Of a stretch of DNA of 64,000 nt, positions 55,345 to 62,995 are shown one piece after another; position 1 is the stretch's first letter, and every line of letters begins with the position of its first letter. The notes beneath the pieces were generated by a model that made no database searches, had not been told where the DNA came from, and saw only the letters and a program-made list of their open reading frames with translations. Made by a program: the position numbers and the translations under genes. Source of the stretch: an uncultured bacterium (GTDB taxonomy: Bacteria; Hydrothermota; Tepidihabitantia; CAYHGV01); the NCBI GenBank assembly GCA_964356135.1, contig CAYHGV010000001.1, positions 8,179 to 72,178 on the forward strand. The letters are read 5' to 3'.

Positions 55345-56172
55345 ATGGAAATAAAGCCATTAAGTGAGAGAGCATTATTGAATGAAGCTTTGTGCGGGAG
55401 CGGTGAGCTGCTCGTTAAATCCAAACTGACCAACCAGGAACAAATGAGACTGAGTGCGGCAGAAATAAAAGTAAAATGGCTCAAAAAGATGATGCCCGAA
55501 GGGCTTGCCGCTCAAATCGCCTATGATGGAGGAACGCAGATCGGCTTCATCGAATATATGCCGATCGAGCTGTCAAGCTTTTATAAAGGAAAAGACCTCT
55601 ATATCCTAAACTGTCTGGATGCACCCCACACCCCGCCGTGGGCGAAAACCAAGAGCAGGAGAATGCCCGGTTGTGGGAGTGCGTTAGTCAACGCAATGAT
55701 CGATGATATCAAGAATAAATGCAACGGGATTGTAGGAGCTTACGCCATCGCCTACACCAGCAATCTTCAAAAGTTTTTTGCTAAATTCGGATTTGAAGAA
55801 TTTGAGAGCAAAGGAATAAAAAAATTAATTAAAAAATTTGCACCGTTTGAATTCCCGGAACGGGTAGAATACGAAAACAAATACCGGTTCCAACCGGTCC
55901 CGGGTAAAGTAGTTGTCGATGCGTTCTGGCGTTCGTTCTGTCCGTCCGGTCCTCTCTCCTTGCTCAATCTGCGGGAAGTATGCAAGGAGTTCGGCGAGCG
56001 GGTCGTTTTAAACGAATTTAGCGTCGATGATACAAAGGAATTGGAGAAGAATGGGGTGGAGGGTGTAACCTATTTTGATGGTTCAACTGCTAAGTATTCG
56101 TATGAACTGCATGAAAAGGAAAATGTTCGGGAGATTCTGAGAAATTGCCTGGAAGAATGTCCTGAATGTTAA
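55345..56172 (+). CDS. Hypothetical protein with a possible GNAT-like N-terminal half and a Cys-containing C-terminal half.
   Basis: AAGGGGG ribosome-binding site 6 nt before the ATG at 55345. Low-confidence GNAT-like stretch (GTQIGFIEY...GSALVNAMI). Confidence 0.4.
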   Translation: MEIKPLSERALLNEALCGSGELLVKSKLTNQEQMRLSAAEIKVKWLKKMMPEGLAAQIAYDGGTQIGFIEYMPIELSSFYKGKDLYILNCLDAPHTPPWAKTKSRRMPGCGSALVNAMIDDIKNKCNGIVGAYAIAYTSNLQKFFAKFGFEEFESKGIKKLIKKFAPFEFPERVEYENKYRFQPVPGKVVVDAFWRSFCPSGPLSLLNLREVCKEFGERVVLNEFSVDDTKELEKNGVEGVTYFDGSTAKYSYELHEKENVREILRNCLEECPEC

Positions 56173-56205
56173 GCCTGACTCCATTCCTACAATGTAAGTG
56201 TTGGG

Positions 56206-56676
56206 TTATCGATGTAATTCTTCAACGAATTTTTTTGCCTTTTCCGAATAATTTTCTCCGAGAACTTCTTTGTTGGTCAGTCCGAGTAAAGCGAGGGGCT
56301 TTTTCCCGCAGAAATCTTCCATGTCGGCGAGCAGTCCCTCGTGGTTCGAACCGCCCGAGGTGCAGAAGAGCGCTATTTTTTGAAAACGGTCTTTATTTTT
56401 AGCAATGTAGGTCCGGGTCGCGGCAGCCATCTTCGAACCGAAGTTCGGCGTTCCAAGGATGACGATATCGTACCGCGCCGGGTCGAGCTGTGTTTCTTTG
56501 ATGACGGTCAACCGTTTACGCATCGCATCCCGGCCGGAGGTCAACCAGCCCCACAGACCTTTCCGATTTTTGGTATCGATGATTTCTTCGCTGTCGCATT
56601 TGAGTGCAGCGGAAATTGTTTCCGCGACTTTTTTTGTCGTTCCGCTTCGGGAATAAAATGCAACTAATGCTTTCAT
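56206..56676 (-). CDS. Flavodoxin-like fold FMN-binding protein (NADPH-dependent FMN reductase/WrbA-like).
   Basis: N-terminal KALVAFYSRSGTTKKVAE (FMN phosphate-binding loop) and LGTPNFG. Confidence 0.7.
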   Translation of the reverse strand: MKALVAFYSRSGTTKKVAETISAALKCDSEEIIDTKNRKGLWGWLTSGRDAMRKRLTVIKETQLDPARYDIVILGTPNFGSKMAAATRTYIAKNKDRFQKIALFCTSGGSNHEGLLADMEDFCGKKPLALLGLTNKEVLGENYSEKAKKFVEELHR

Positions 56677-56721
56677 TGATATTCCTCCTTGGTCAAAGTT
56701 ATTCGATTATTTCTTATATTG

Positions 56722-56982
56722 TCAAATACTTTCAGTCTCGGGTTCGAGATTATAGTAGTTTGTCCAGAAAACGACGGTTTTGTGTGCTAACCCACGTTTG
56801 GCTTTAACCACCTGTTTCAGGTTAGTATCGGAATAGGTCCGGCGCAACCAGTTGAGTGCACGCACATCACCGAAATCGAGCACCCGCCGGATGATGAATT
56901 GAGAATGGCGGTCGATGTCAACCGTTTCCTTTCGGACATCCCAGAAGAGACGCTGGACATAGGAGGGGATGAGCCGTTTCAT
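56722..56982 (-). CDS. Hypothetical 86-aa protein. It is about 90% identical to the product of 57703..57969.
   Basis: ORF. The paralogue pair was noted by direct comparison. No family is recognised. Confidence 0.45.
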   Translation of the reverse strand: MKRLIPSYVQRLFWDVRKETVDIDRHSQFIIRRVLDFGDVRALNWLRRTYSDTNLKQVVKAKRGLAHKTVVFWTNYYNLEPETESI

Positions 56983-56985
56983 TAA

Positions 56986-57207
56986 TTAAATGCTCAGTTC
57001 CACCATTTCTGCATTTGGTTTTGCCCGGATGAAACCTGCCAGAACTTCACCGAGGAACCTACTCGCATTTAATATCTCAACTTCGATCGGTTGGTTTTTG
57101 TCGTCATAGTTGATGATTATTTGACCGAAGTCTTCGCCGTGGTGAATTTGTCCATCGTTTAAAAGGAGATCTAATGTATCTCCTTGAGCGTCATATCTTA
57201 TCTTCAT
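56986..57207 (-). CDS. DUF2283-family small protein (putative antitoxin partner of DUF4258).
   Basis: MKIRYDAQGDTLDLLL...IIINYDDKNQPIEVEILNAS matches the DUF2283 pattern. Confidence 0.7.
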   Translation of the reverse strand: MKIRYDAQGDTLDLLLNDGQIHHGEDFGQIIINYDDKNQPIEVEILNASRFLGEVLAGFIRAKPNAEMVELSI

Positions 57208-57447
57208 ATCTCCTCCTTTCAGCTGGATATAATGTTACTATAATTTTATCACCAGCCTTCTCTTCGTATATTACTCTTAATACCAAATCATCAGTCAGTA
57301 CAGTTTGGGCAATCTTGCGCCCCAAGTAGCCATCGGCAATCTTCTCTGGTTTTTCAATTACCTTGACGACCTTCTCCTTCGTAATCCCGATTTCCTTCAG
57401 ACGAGATAGTTTATCTTCGGCATGGGGGGGGTAAATTTAACAGCCAT
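57191..57447 (-). pseudogene. DUF4258-family (toxin-like) gene interrupted by a C8 homopolymer tract (G8 on the plus strand at 57424-57431). Adding one C restores an 85-codon ORF.
   Basis: Minus strand: ATGGCTGTTAAATTTACC then C8 then ATGCCGAAG... With 9 C's it reads MAVKFTPPHAEDKLSRLKEIGITKEKVVKVIEKPEKIADGYLGRKIAQTVLTDDLVLRVIYEEKAGDKIIVTLYPAERRRYEDKI*. With 8 C's it reads MAVKFTPPMPKINYLV*. Confidence 0.55.
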
Positions 57448-57702
57448 TGAACAATGGTAACTAAAGACAAATAGGTGTCAAGTTTTGGTTTAAAAACTGG
57501 CCGGTGCATAGGAATTCAAAAATAAATAAGTGATTTGGTCTTTATTGCGCCGATCCGTTTCTGCGGTGCCGACCTCCTGCCCGTGTCAACTCGATACTCG
57601 TTCAAGGTGATATAGAACCAACTCTTGGGCGAAAAGCGGTATTACTTCTTTACTTATGCCTGACCCCATTAACCTGACCCTGGTTCTTGGGAAAGGACTT
57701 CG

Positions 57703-57969
57703 TCAAACACTTTGGGTTTCGGGTTCGAGGTTATAGTAGTTTGTCCAGAAGACAACGGTTTTGTGTGCTAACCCGCGCTTGGTTTCGACAATGTTTTTTA
57801 ACTTAGTATCAGAATAGGTCCGGCGAAGCCAGTTGAGTGCACGCGCATCACCAAAATCGAGCACCCGCCGGATGATGAATTGAGAATGGCGGTCCGGGTC
57901 AACCGTTTCTTTGCGGACATCCCAGAAGAGACGCTGGACATAGGAGGGAATTGACCGTTTCATAGCCAC
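57703..57969 (-). CDS. Hypothetical 88-aa protein, paralogue of 56722..56982.
   Basis: ORF with about 90% amino-acid identity to the 86-aa paralogue. It is preceded by a ~120-bp repeat that is also found at 57545-57665. Confidence 0.45.
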   Translation of the reverse strand: MAMKRSIPSYVQRLFWDVRKETVDPDRHSQFIIRRVLDFGDARALNWLRRTYSDTKLKNIVETKRGLAHKTVVFWTNYYNLEPETQSV

Positions 57970-58261
57970 ACTATAAATCGGATATCACCAAAGTCAAGTT
58001 TTCGATCGGTTTTTGACCGTTTACTGAATTTGGGTCAAAAAAAGGGGAGTTTATTCTACCGATCCGTCCTTATGGCACCGATCGGTTGCCCGTGTCCACC
58101 CGATACTCATTCAAGGCGGTTTAGACCCACCTTTTGGGCGAAAAGTTGTTATATTTCTTTACTTGTCCTGCCACAGGATTTCCCTTGGGAAAAAAGGTCG
58201 CTTTTCCCATTTTCCTGTCCCAAAAAATAGTCACTGCTTCCTATCAGCCCCAAAGTCAAAA

Positions 58262-59290
58262 CTATTTCTGTGATTTAATAAGTTTGAGCGAACGATTCAA
58301 CTGTAAAAGGAGAATAGCTTGAATCCCTTTGGGAGTTATGTAAAAATGATTAGCAACTTTCGCTAAAAACTCTAATTCACAGGCATAATTTGAGAAAATA
58401 TAAGTAGCAGTCTCTCGTGCTCTGTCTGTTTTCCAGGTTTCACCTTTACCGACGGATTTCACGAAATAATCTTGGACGGCATCCTTGGGTACTGGATAAA
58501 CGTTTTTCGCTAATACAAAGACAGACTCAACAATGGAAAAAATGGTATAAGTTATTGAAGAATGGAATGGATTTTCTTTTACAAAATCTGATAATAATTC
58601 AATCTGTTTATCATTTAATCTATCATCTACCATTCCACCACCTGCGTCTAAAAGGGCATTCCCAAGATCTGTTAAAAAATATTCCTGCTTAAATTTAGCG
58701 ACAAGGCCCAGTAATGTCGCTACTGATAAACGATTTCTGACAGTCTTTTCTGATCTGTTTTCAATGGTGCAAATATCTTTAATGTTTTTGCCTTGAGCCA
58801 ATATTTGTAATATAGGATTAAGTAGACCGAGTCTGACCATACCATAGTCGCCAGATTGTATTTTCAGAAAATACGAAAGCTCTTTGAAATTTTCATAGTA
58901 TTTCGAGAGAACGAATTCGGGTTTATAGGTTAGAAGTGTAATAGAGTTTTCTTTACATCTTTCAATATCTTCAGTTCTAGCCTCTGTTACCAGTATAAAT
59001 TTTCTGATTTCTACATTTATTAATTTATGTTGGGTTTGTAAATCTTGTAGATCCTTGAAATACGCGTTAATTTGACAAATTATATCACTGCAAAAAGCAC
59101 CGATTTTCAATTCAATGAGAAGTAATTCATCTTCATGCAGATAGATTAGGTCAAGTTTCCCAGTTTTTAAGATTTTTTGACGGGCTATAAAACTTAAGTT
59201 AGCAGGATTTGCCGAAAGAATTTCCGCTAAAATGGATTTATCGGCGCTCAAAATATCCTCAATCATTTTTTCTGAAATCAAATCATTCAT
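58262..59290 (-). CDS. Hypothetical protein with an N-terminal PD-(D/E)xK nuclease-like motif, encoded in an AT-rich island.
   Basis: GKLDLIYLHEDELLLIELKIG (D...ExK). GC content is about 33%, against about 55% for the flanks. Confidence 0.55.
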   Translation of the reverse strand: MNDLISEKMIEDILSADKSILAEILSANPANLSFIARQKILKTGKLDLIYLHEDELLLIELKIGAFCSDIICQINAYFKDLQDLQTQHKLINVEIRKFILVTEARTEDIERCKENSITLLTYKPEFVLSKYYENFKELSYFLKIQSGDYGMVRLGLLNPILQILAQGKNIKDICTIENRSEKTVRNRLSVATLLGLVAKFKQEYFLTDLGNALLDAGGGMVDDRLNDKQIELLSDFVKENPFHSSITYTIFSIVESVFVLAKNVYPVPKDAVQDYFVKSVGKGETWKTDRARETATYIFSNYACELEFLAKVANHFYITPKGIQAILLLQLNRSLKLIKSQK

Positions 59291-59511
59291 TCTTCGATAT
59301 ATGGGTAAAAATTTTGCTCGTCGGTAATTTTAAGCCCTTCGACTAACCATTCTCTTATTATATCTCTAATCTCTCCAATCATTTCTATGTCCCATTCGAT
59401 ATTTTTCTTGGTAGGATTTACCATTAGAATAAGTTGATAAATAGCATTATCAACAAAATCTTGTCTATCAATTTGTTCACGCGTCAATTTTTTCATGTCG
59501 TTTCTACTCAT
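59287..59511 (-). CDS. Hypothetical 74-aa protein. It overlaps the start of the PD-(D/E)xK gene (ATGA) within the same AT-rich island.
   Basis: ORF with a 4-nt overlap to the downstream gene and matching low GC. Confidence 0.4.
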   Translation of the reverse strand: MSRNDMKKLTREQIDRQDFVDNAIYQLILMVNPTKKNIEWDIEMIGEIRDIIREWLVEGLKITDEQNFYPYIEE

Positions 59512-59846
59512 AGGTAGAGAATTGCTTTGCTGTTAGGGTCCAATTTCGCCGAATTTCTTTAAGCCAAGTTGACCTCACATTCTCTGTTTCATCAATCTGG
59601 TTCATTATTCAGTCCCTTTTTTAACTCTCATAGCTGTAATATACAGAAAACATCTGAGTTGTCAACTAAAAAAATGGGGATTTCTGAAAAAGTCATCAGA
59701 AATCTTGATTACTCGGCACCAAAGGTGCCGCGCGATTATATGACGATGCCGGTGATACAATCCCTTGAATTTCCATCGCTGCAATCGTTTCCCTCATCGC
59801 CGGAATCAATGAGAGCGAGTTTTTCAGAGCTCTCGAAGGTTTCCCT

Positions 59847-59874
59847 TGACAAAATTCTTGAATTTGCTATACTT
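59847..59874 (+). promoter_or_regulatory. Sigma70-like promoter (TTGACA, 16 nt, TATACT) for the cold-shock protein gene.
   Basis: Read directly; an AAGGAGG ribosome-binding site follows at about 59914. Confidence 0.55.
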
Positions 59875-59931
59875 AGTTAAGTCTGAACCTTATGGTTAAA
59901 TCTTAGGCTTGCAAGGAGGATTGATAATCCT

Positions 59932-60132
59932 ATGTTTGGTAAAGTCAAATGGTTCGATGGAAAGAAGGGCTATGGTTTCGTCGAACTGGAAGACGGTAGT
60001 GGCGATGTATTCGTTCACTTTCAGGATATAGTGGGTGAAGGATATAAAACCCTTAATGAAGGCGAAAAAGTTAGTTTTGATATAACTGACAGCCCGAAAG
60101 GTAAGAAAGCCACAAACGTTGCACGGGCGTAA
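59932..60132 (+). CDS. cspA: Cold-shock protein (CspA family, S1-like cold-shock domain).
   Basis: GKVKWFDGKKGYGFVELEDGSGDVFVHF contains the RNP1 and RNP2 motifs. Confidence 0.9.
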   Translation: MFGKVKWFDGKKGYGFVELEDGSGDVFVHFQDIVGEGYKTLNEGEKVSFDITDSPKGKKATNVARA

Positions 60133-60153
60133 AAAACCCAGTTAGCCCACAAT

Positions 60154-60187
60154 GCCCCTCTGCTCAAAGCGGAGGGGCTTTCTTTTT
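60154..60187 (+). terminator. Rho-independent terminator (GCCCCTC...GAGGGGC plus TTTCTTTTT).
   Basis: 7-bp GC-rich stem with an 11-nt loop, followed immediately by a T-tract, 22 nt after the cspA stop. Confidence 0.7.
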
Positions 60188-60257
60188 ACCGGTAGTGATA
60201 GAGGCAAGACATAGGTTGCTTCACGACCGATAGCTTAACCCGCCTCCCCGACTTTCT

Positions 60258-60590
60258 TTAACCATAGATAACATTCCCTTCGTCTTTAGCCGCGTTGATT
60301 ATTATAGAATCGCCTTGCTCCCATTCGGTATCCGAATAATACATAATGTCAAACGGTTTTTCGGTCTTTTTTACCAGTTCTCTATTTACGCCGGTTGTCA
60401 TATCCACCCTTTCAAATATGTCTTTATTCCGAAAATCTTTAGAAACAATTATTATATCGATATCACTATTTTTGTTATGATTGCCTTTTGCGTATGAGCC
60501 GAAAACGATTATCTTTGAAACCCGGATGCTTCGGTCTTTGAGCAATTTTAATAAGAGGTCGGTTATTTTTATCTTCTTTGTTCTAACCAT
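60258..60590 (-). CDS. Minimal nucleotidyltransferase (MNT-type, Pol-beta superfamily) without an adjacent HEPN partner.
   Basis: IIVFGSYAKGNHNKNSDIDIIIV shows the GS...DxD nucleotidyltransferase motif. Confidence 0.7.
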   Translation of the reverse strand: MVRTKKIKITDLLLKLLKDRSIRVSKIIVFGSYAKGNHNKNSDIDIIIVSKDFRNKDIFERVDMTTGVNRELVKKTEKPFDIMYYSDTEWEQGDSIIINAAKDEGNVIYG

Positions 60591-60646
60591 GAAAGCAACT
60601 CCTTTGTTTCAATATCAAAATTCAAACCTGACCGCTGTGACCTCGC

Positions 60647-62770
60647 TCAAAAATAAACGAGGTATTTTATCTTTATCGCTCCAACCTGGTTCTGGAGTGC
60701 GAGCCGACCGTCGGAGGCTTGCTGCCGGTAGTCGGTAATGGCTATGTAGAACCAGGACTTAGGTCGAAAGTTCCATGAAAAGAGCAGACCGAAACGGTTG
60801 GCGGTAAAATCGACCTCGCCTAAGTTGGTTTGGGGAATGGAAAAGACGAGCTGGTCAAAGATGCCGATACTCATCGTATTGGTTATAATAAAATCGACCC
60901 GCGGAGTCGCGGTCGGGGTCAGCGCCAGAACTGAATTCAGTGTATCCCACTCAACCCAGAGGTTGGAAGCGAGGGAAAGGTTCAACAGCGAGATTGTGTA
61001 ATTCATCGATAACCACTGTGAACCCTGGTAGGCAAGAAATCCCCGGAGCCAGTTGTAACCGTACCACACGGTGCCACCAAAATTGGCATTAAATTTTGAG
61101 CTGCTTGCCCAGACTACCAGATTGGCGCTGCGGCTCACGTAATGGGTGTCCGCTTCATAATAATCGCCTGCCCCGCCATCGAGATTGAAACCCCAGTTGC
61201 TGCGGAAATTGACATTGACCACACCAAAAGCCGTTTTCGACCAGTTCGCCGAGCCCGGTTCTTGAACGATTCCGGCACCCGGACCGAACCAGAAACTCCG
61301 GACTGCGCCCTGGGGGTAGATGGTGAACGGTCCGGTTAATGTCTTAAACGTTTTTCTTCCTGCCCAGGGAACATAACCGATATCGCTGACGTCAAAGGAA
61401 TCGTCGATAACTTCAGCACTCGCCATCAAGAGAAAGTTCTTGATGAAACCATTGTAGCCGGATGAGAACGCCCAGCCGGGTTTACGGTTTTTATCGCTCA
61501 CCGCCGCCTGGGCAATGAGCTGGTTCGCACCGGAATGGTAGACACCATCCAGACCGAGGGCGTAATTGTAGTTGTCCCGGTCAACCGCAGTAGCGCTGGA
61601 TAAAAGCCCGAGGTCGAGTGTCGGCAGAAGCTTGTGCCGGGCACGGACAACGGCAAACGCCCGTTCGGGTTCGACCGTTGTCTGTAAGGTATCGTCAATC
61701 AATTCATGAACCCGACCGGTGTAAGCGCCGAAGCCGCCGAGATTCCAGGTTTCGGTTTTACCCGTGATTTTAAGGCCTCCAATGATCGGTACCGCGGAAT
61801 TACCAATCGACTTTCCGATCCGGCGCGAATAGAAAATTGACAGCGGTGAATAGAATTCGCTTTCGTCGCCAAAATCTGACATTCGGAAGATGTCTTTTCC
61901 CTCAAGAAAGAATGGACGCCGTTCAGAAAGGTAGGTTTCGTAGCGCGACAGGTTGATGGTGTAGGGGTCGGATTCGATCTGGGCAAAATCAGGCAAAACG
62001 GTGCCGTTAAGGGTGACCTCGGGGGTTATATCCCATTTGACATTTAAACTTGCGCTTGCTTTAACCTTGCCCCGTTGTTCTTCTATTCGGTCAGCGCGCA
62101 CAAAACCTTCGGGGTAGAGTTCAAAATAGTAACCGGTGGATTGGGGTTGTATCGACCGCAGGACTCCAAATTTTGAGACCAGGAATCCTTCTTTTTGGTC
62201 GTATTCGGTCCAGAAGGTATTCTCCTGGTTCTCGGCAAAATACCGGCGAAAATTTATTCCCCATTCGGACAGGTTCTTTTTATAACGGATCGACTTGAAC
62301 GGAATTTTGAATTCGACTTCATACCGGTCATCATAGACCTTGACCGCATAGAACCATACCCCATCCCAGGAATCATCCGAAGTCCGGCCATCGTCCAGTA
62401 TCCAGCCATCCTGAGCGCAGCCGGTCGGGGTTAATCGAAAGTAGTAGGCGGTTGTCTTGCTGCCAAAGGGGTCAATGAAGAGGACTACCCGGTCTTCATA
62501 CGCGCTGAGCGAGACGACCGGTTTGAGCTTCTTCGCCCAGCATCGGAATGCGACATAGAGATTGTGCCTGTCCTGTAAGAGATAGACGACGGTTGGGTCA
62601 GAGGCTGGGACCTTTTCATACGGTTGGTGCTGGATAAAATCGAACGCCGAGTCCGCTGCCTGCCAGATTTCTTCAATAAAGCCATCGATGACGGGCGGCG
62701 TGTCGGCAATCCGCATCTCGACCGATTTGGGACTGCCTATAATGAAAAAACACAGTGCTAAATAATTCAT
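60647..62770 (-). CDS. Outer-membrane protein with an N-terminal CBM9/DOMON-like domain and a C-terminal beta-barrel (DUF5916-like).
   Basis: TPPVIDGFIEEIWQ resembles the CBM9-like fold. The protein is 707 aa and ends KYLVYF, a C-terminal aromatic. Confidence 0.6.
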   Translation of the reverse strand: MNYLALCFFIIGSPKSVEMRIADTPPVIDGFIEEIWQAADSAFDFIQHQPYEKVPASDPTVVYLLQDRHNLYVAFRCWAKKLKPVVSLSAYEDRVVLFIDPFGSKTTAYYFRLTPTGCAQDGWILDDGRTSDDSWDGVWFYAVKVYDDRYEVEFKIPFKSIRYKKNLSEWGINFRRYFAENQENTFWTEYDQKEGFLVSKFGVLRSIQPQSTGYYFELYPEGFVRADRIEEQRGKVKASASLNVKWDITPEVTLNGTVLPDFAQIESDPYTINLSRYETYLSERRPFFLEGKDIFRMSDFGDESEFYSPLSIFYSRRIGKSIGNSAVPIIGGLKITGKTETWNLGGFGAYTGRVHELIDDTLQTTVEPERAFAVVRARHKLLPTLDLGLLSSATAVDRDNYNYALGLDGVYHSGANQLIAQAAVSDKNRKPGWAFSSGYNGFIKNFLLMASAEVIDDSFDVSDIGYVPWAGRKTFKTLTGPFTIYPQGAVRSFWFGPGAGIVQEPGSANWSKTAFGVVNVNFRSNWGFNLDGGAGDYYEADTHYVSRSANLVVWASSSKFNANFGGTVWYGYNWLRGFLAYQGSQWLSMNYTISLLNLSLASNLWVEWDTLNSVLALTPTATPRVDFIITNTMSIGIFDQLVFSIPQTNLGEVDFTANRFGLLFSWNFRPKSWFYIAITDYRQQASDGRLALQNQVGAIKIKYLVYF

Positions 62771-62943
62771 ACCAGACCTCCCCGGCTATGCCGGTTTTAG
62801 CGATGAATCTACGATAACTGGTTTTAGTGATAATAATGTAATTATTGTGAAGGTCAAGAAAAAATTAATGGCGGTGTTACGTTTAATTCCTTTTTACCGT
62901 TCTTCGGTTTTTGTCCTTGGGAAATAAATTTTACGAGATCCGT

Positions 62944-62971
62944 TTGACATCTTCGGCTCAGCGTCTATAAT
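62944..62971 (+). promoter_or_regulatory. Consensus sigma70 promoter (TTGACA, 16 nt, TATAAT).
   Basis: Read directly. An AAAGGAGG ribosome-binding site at 62984 precedes the ATG at 62996. Confidence 0.6.
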
Positions 62972-62995
62972 AATTGGAACCTTAAAGGAGGCATC

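Noticed and set aside
59569-59880. 103-aa plus-strand ORF upstream of cspA
   Set aside because: It is Ser/Phe-rich and low-complexity, and overlaps the cspA promoter (TTGACA-16-TATACT at 59847). It is more likely non-coding 5' regulatory DNA.
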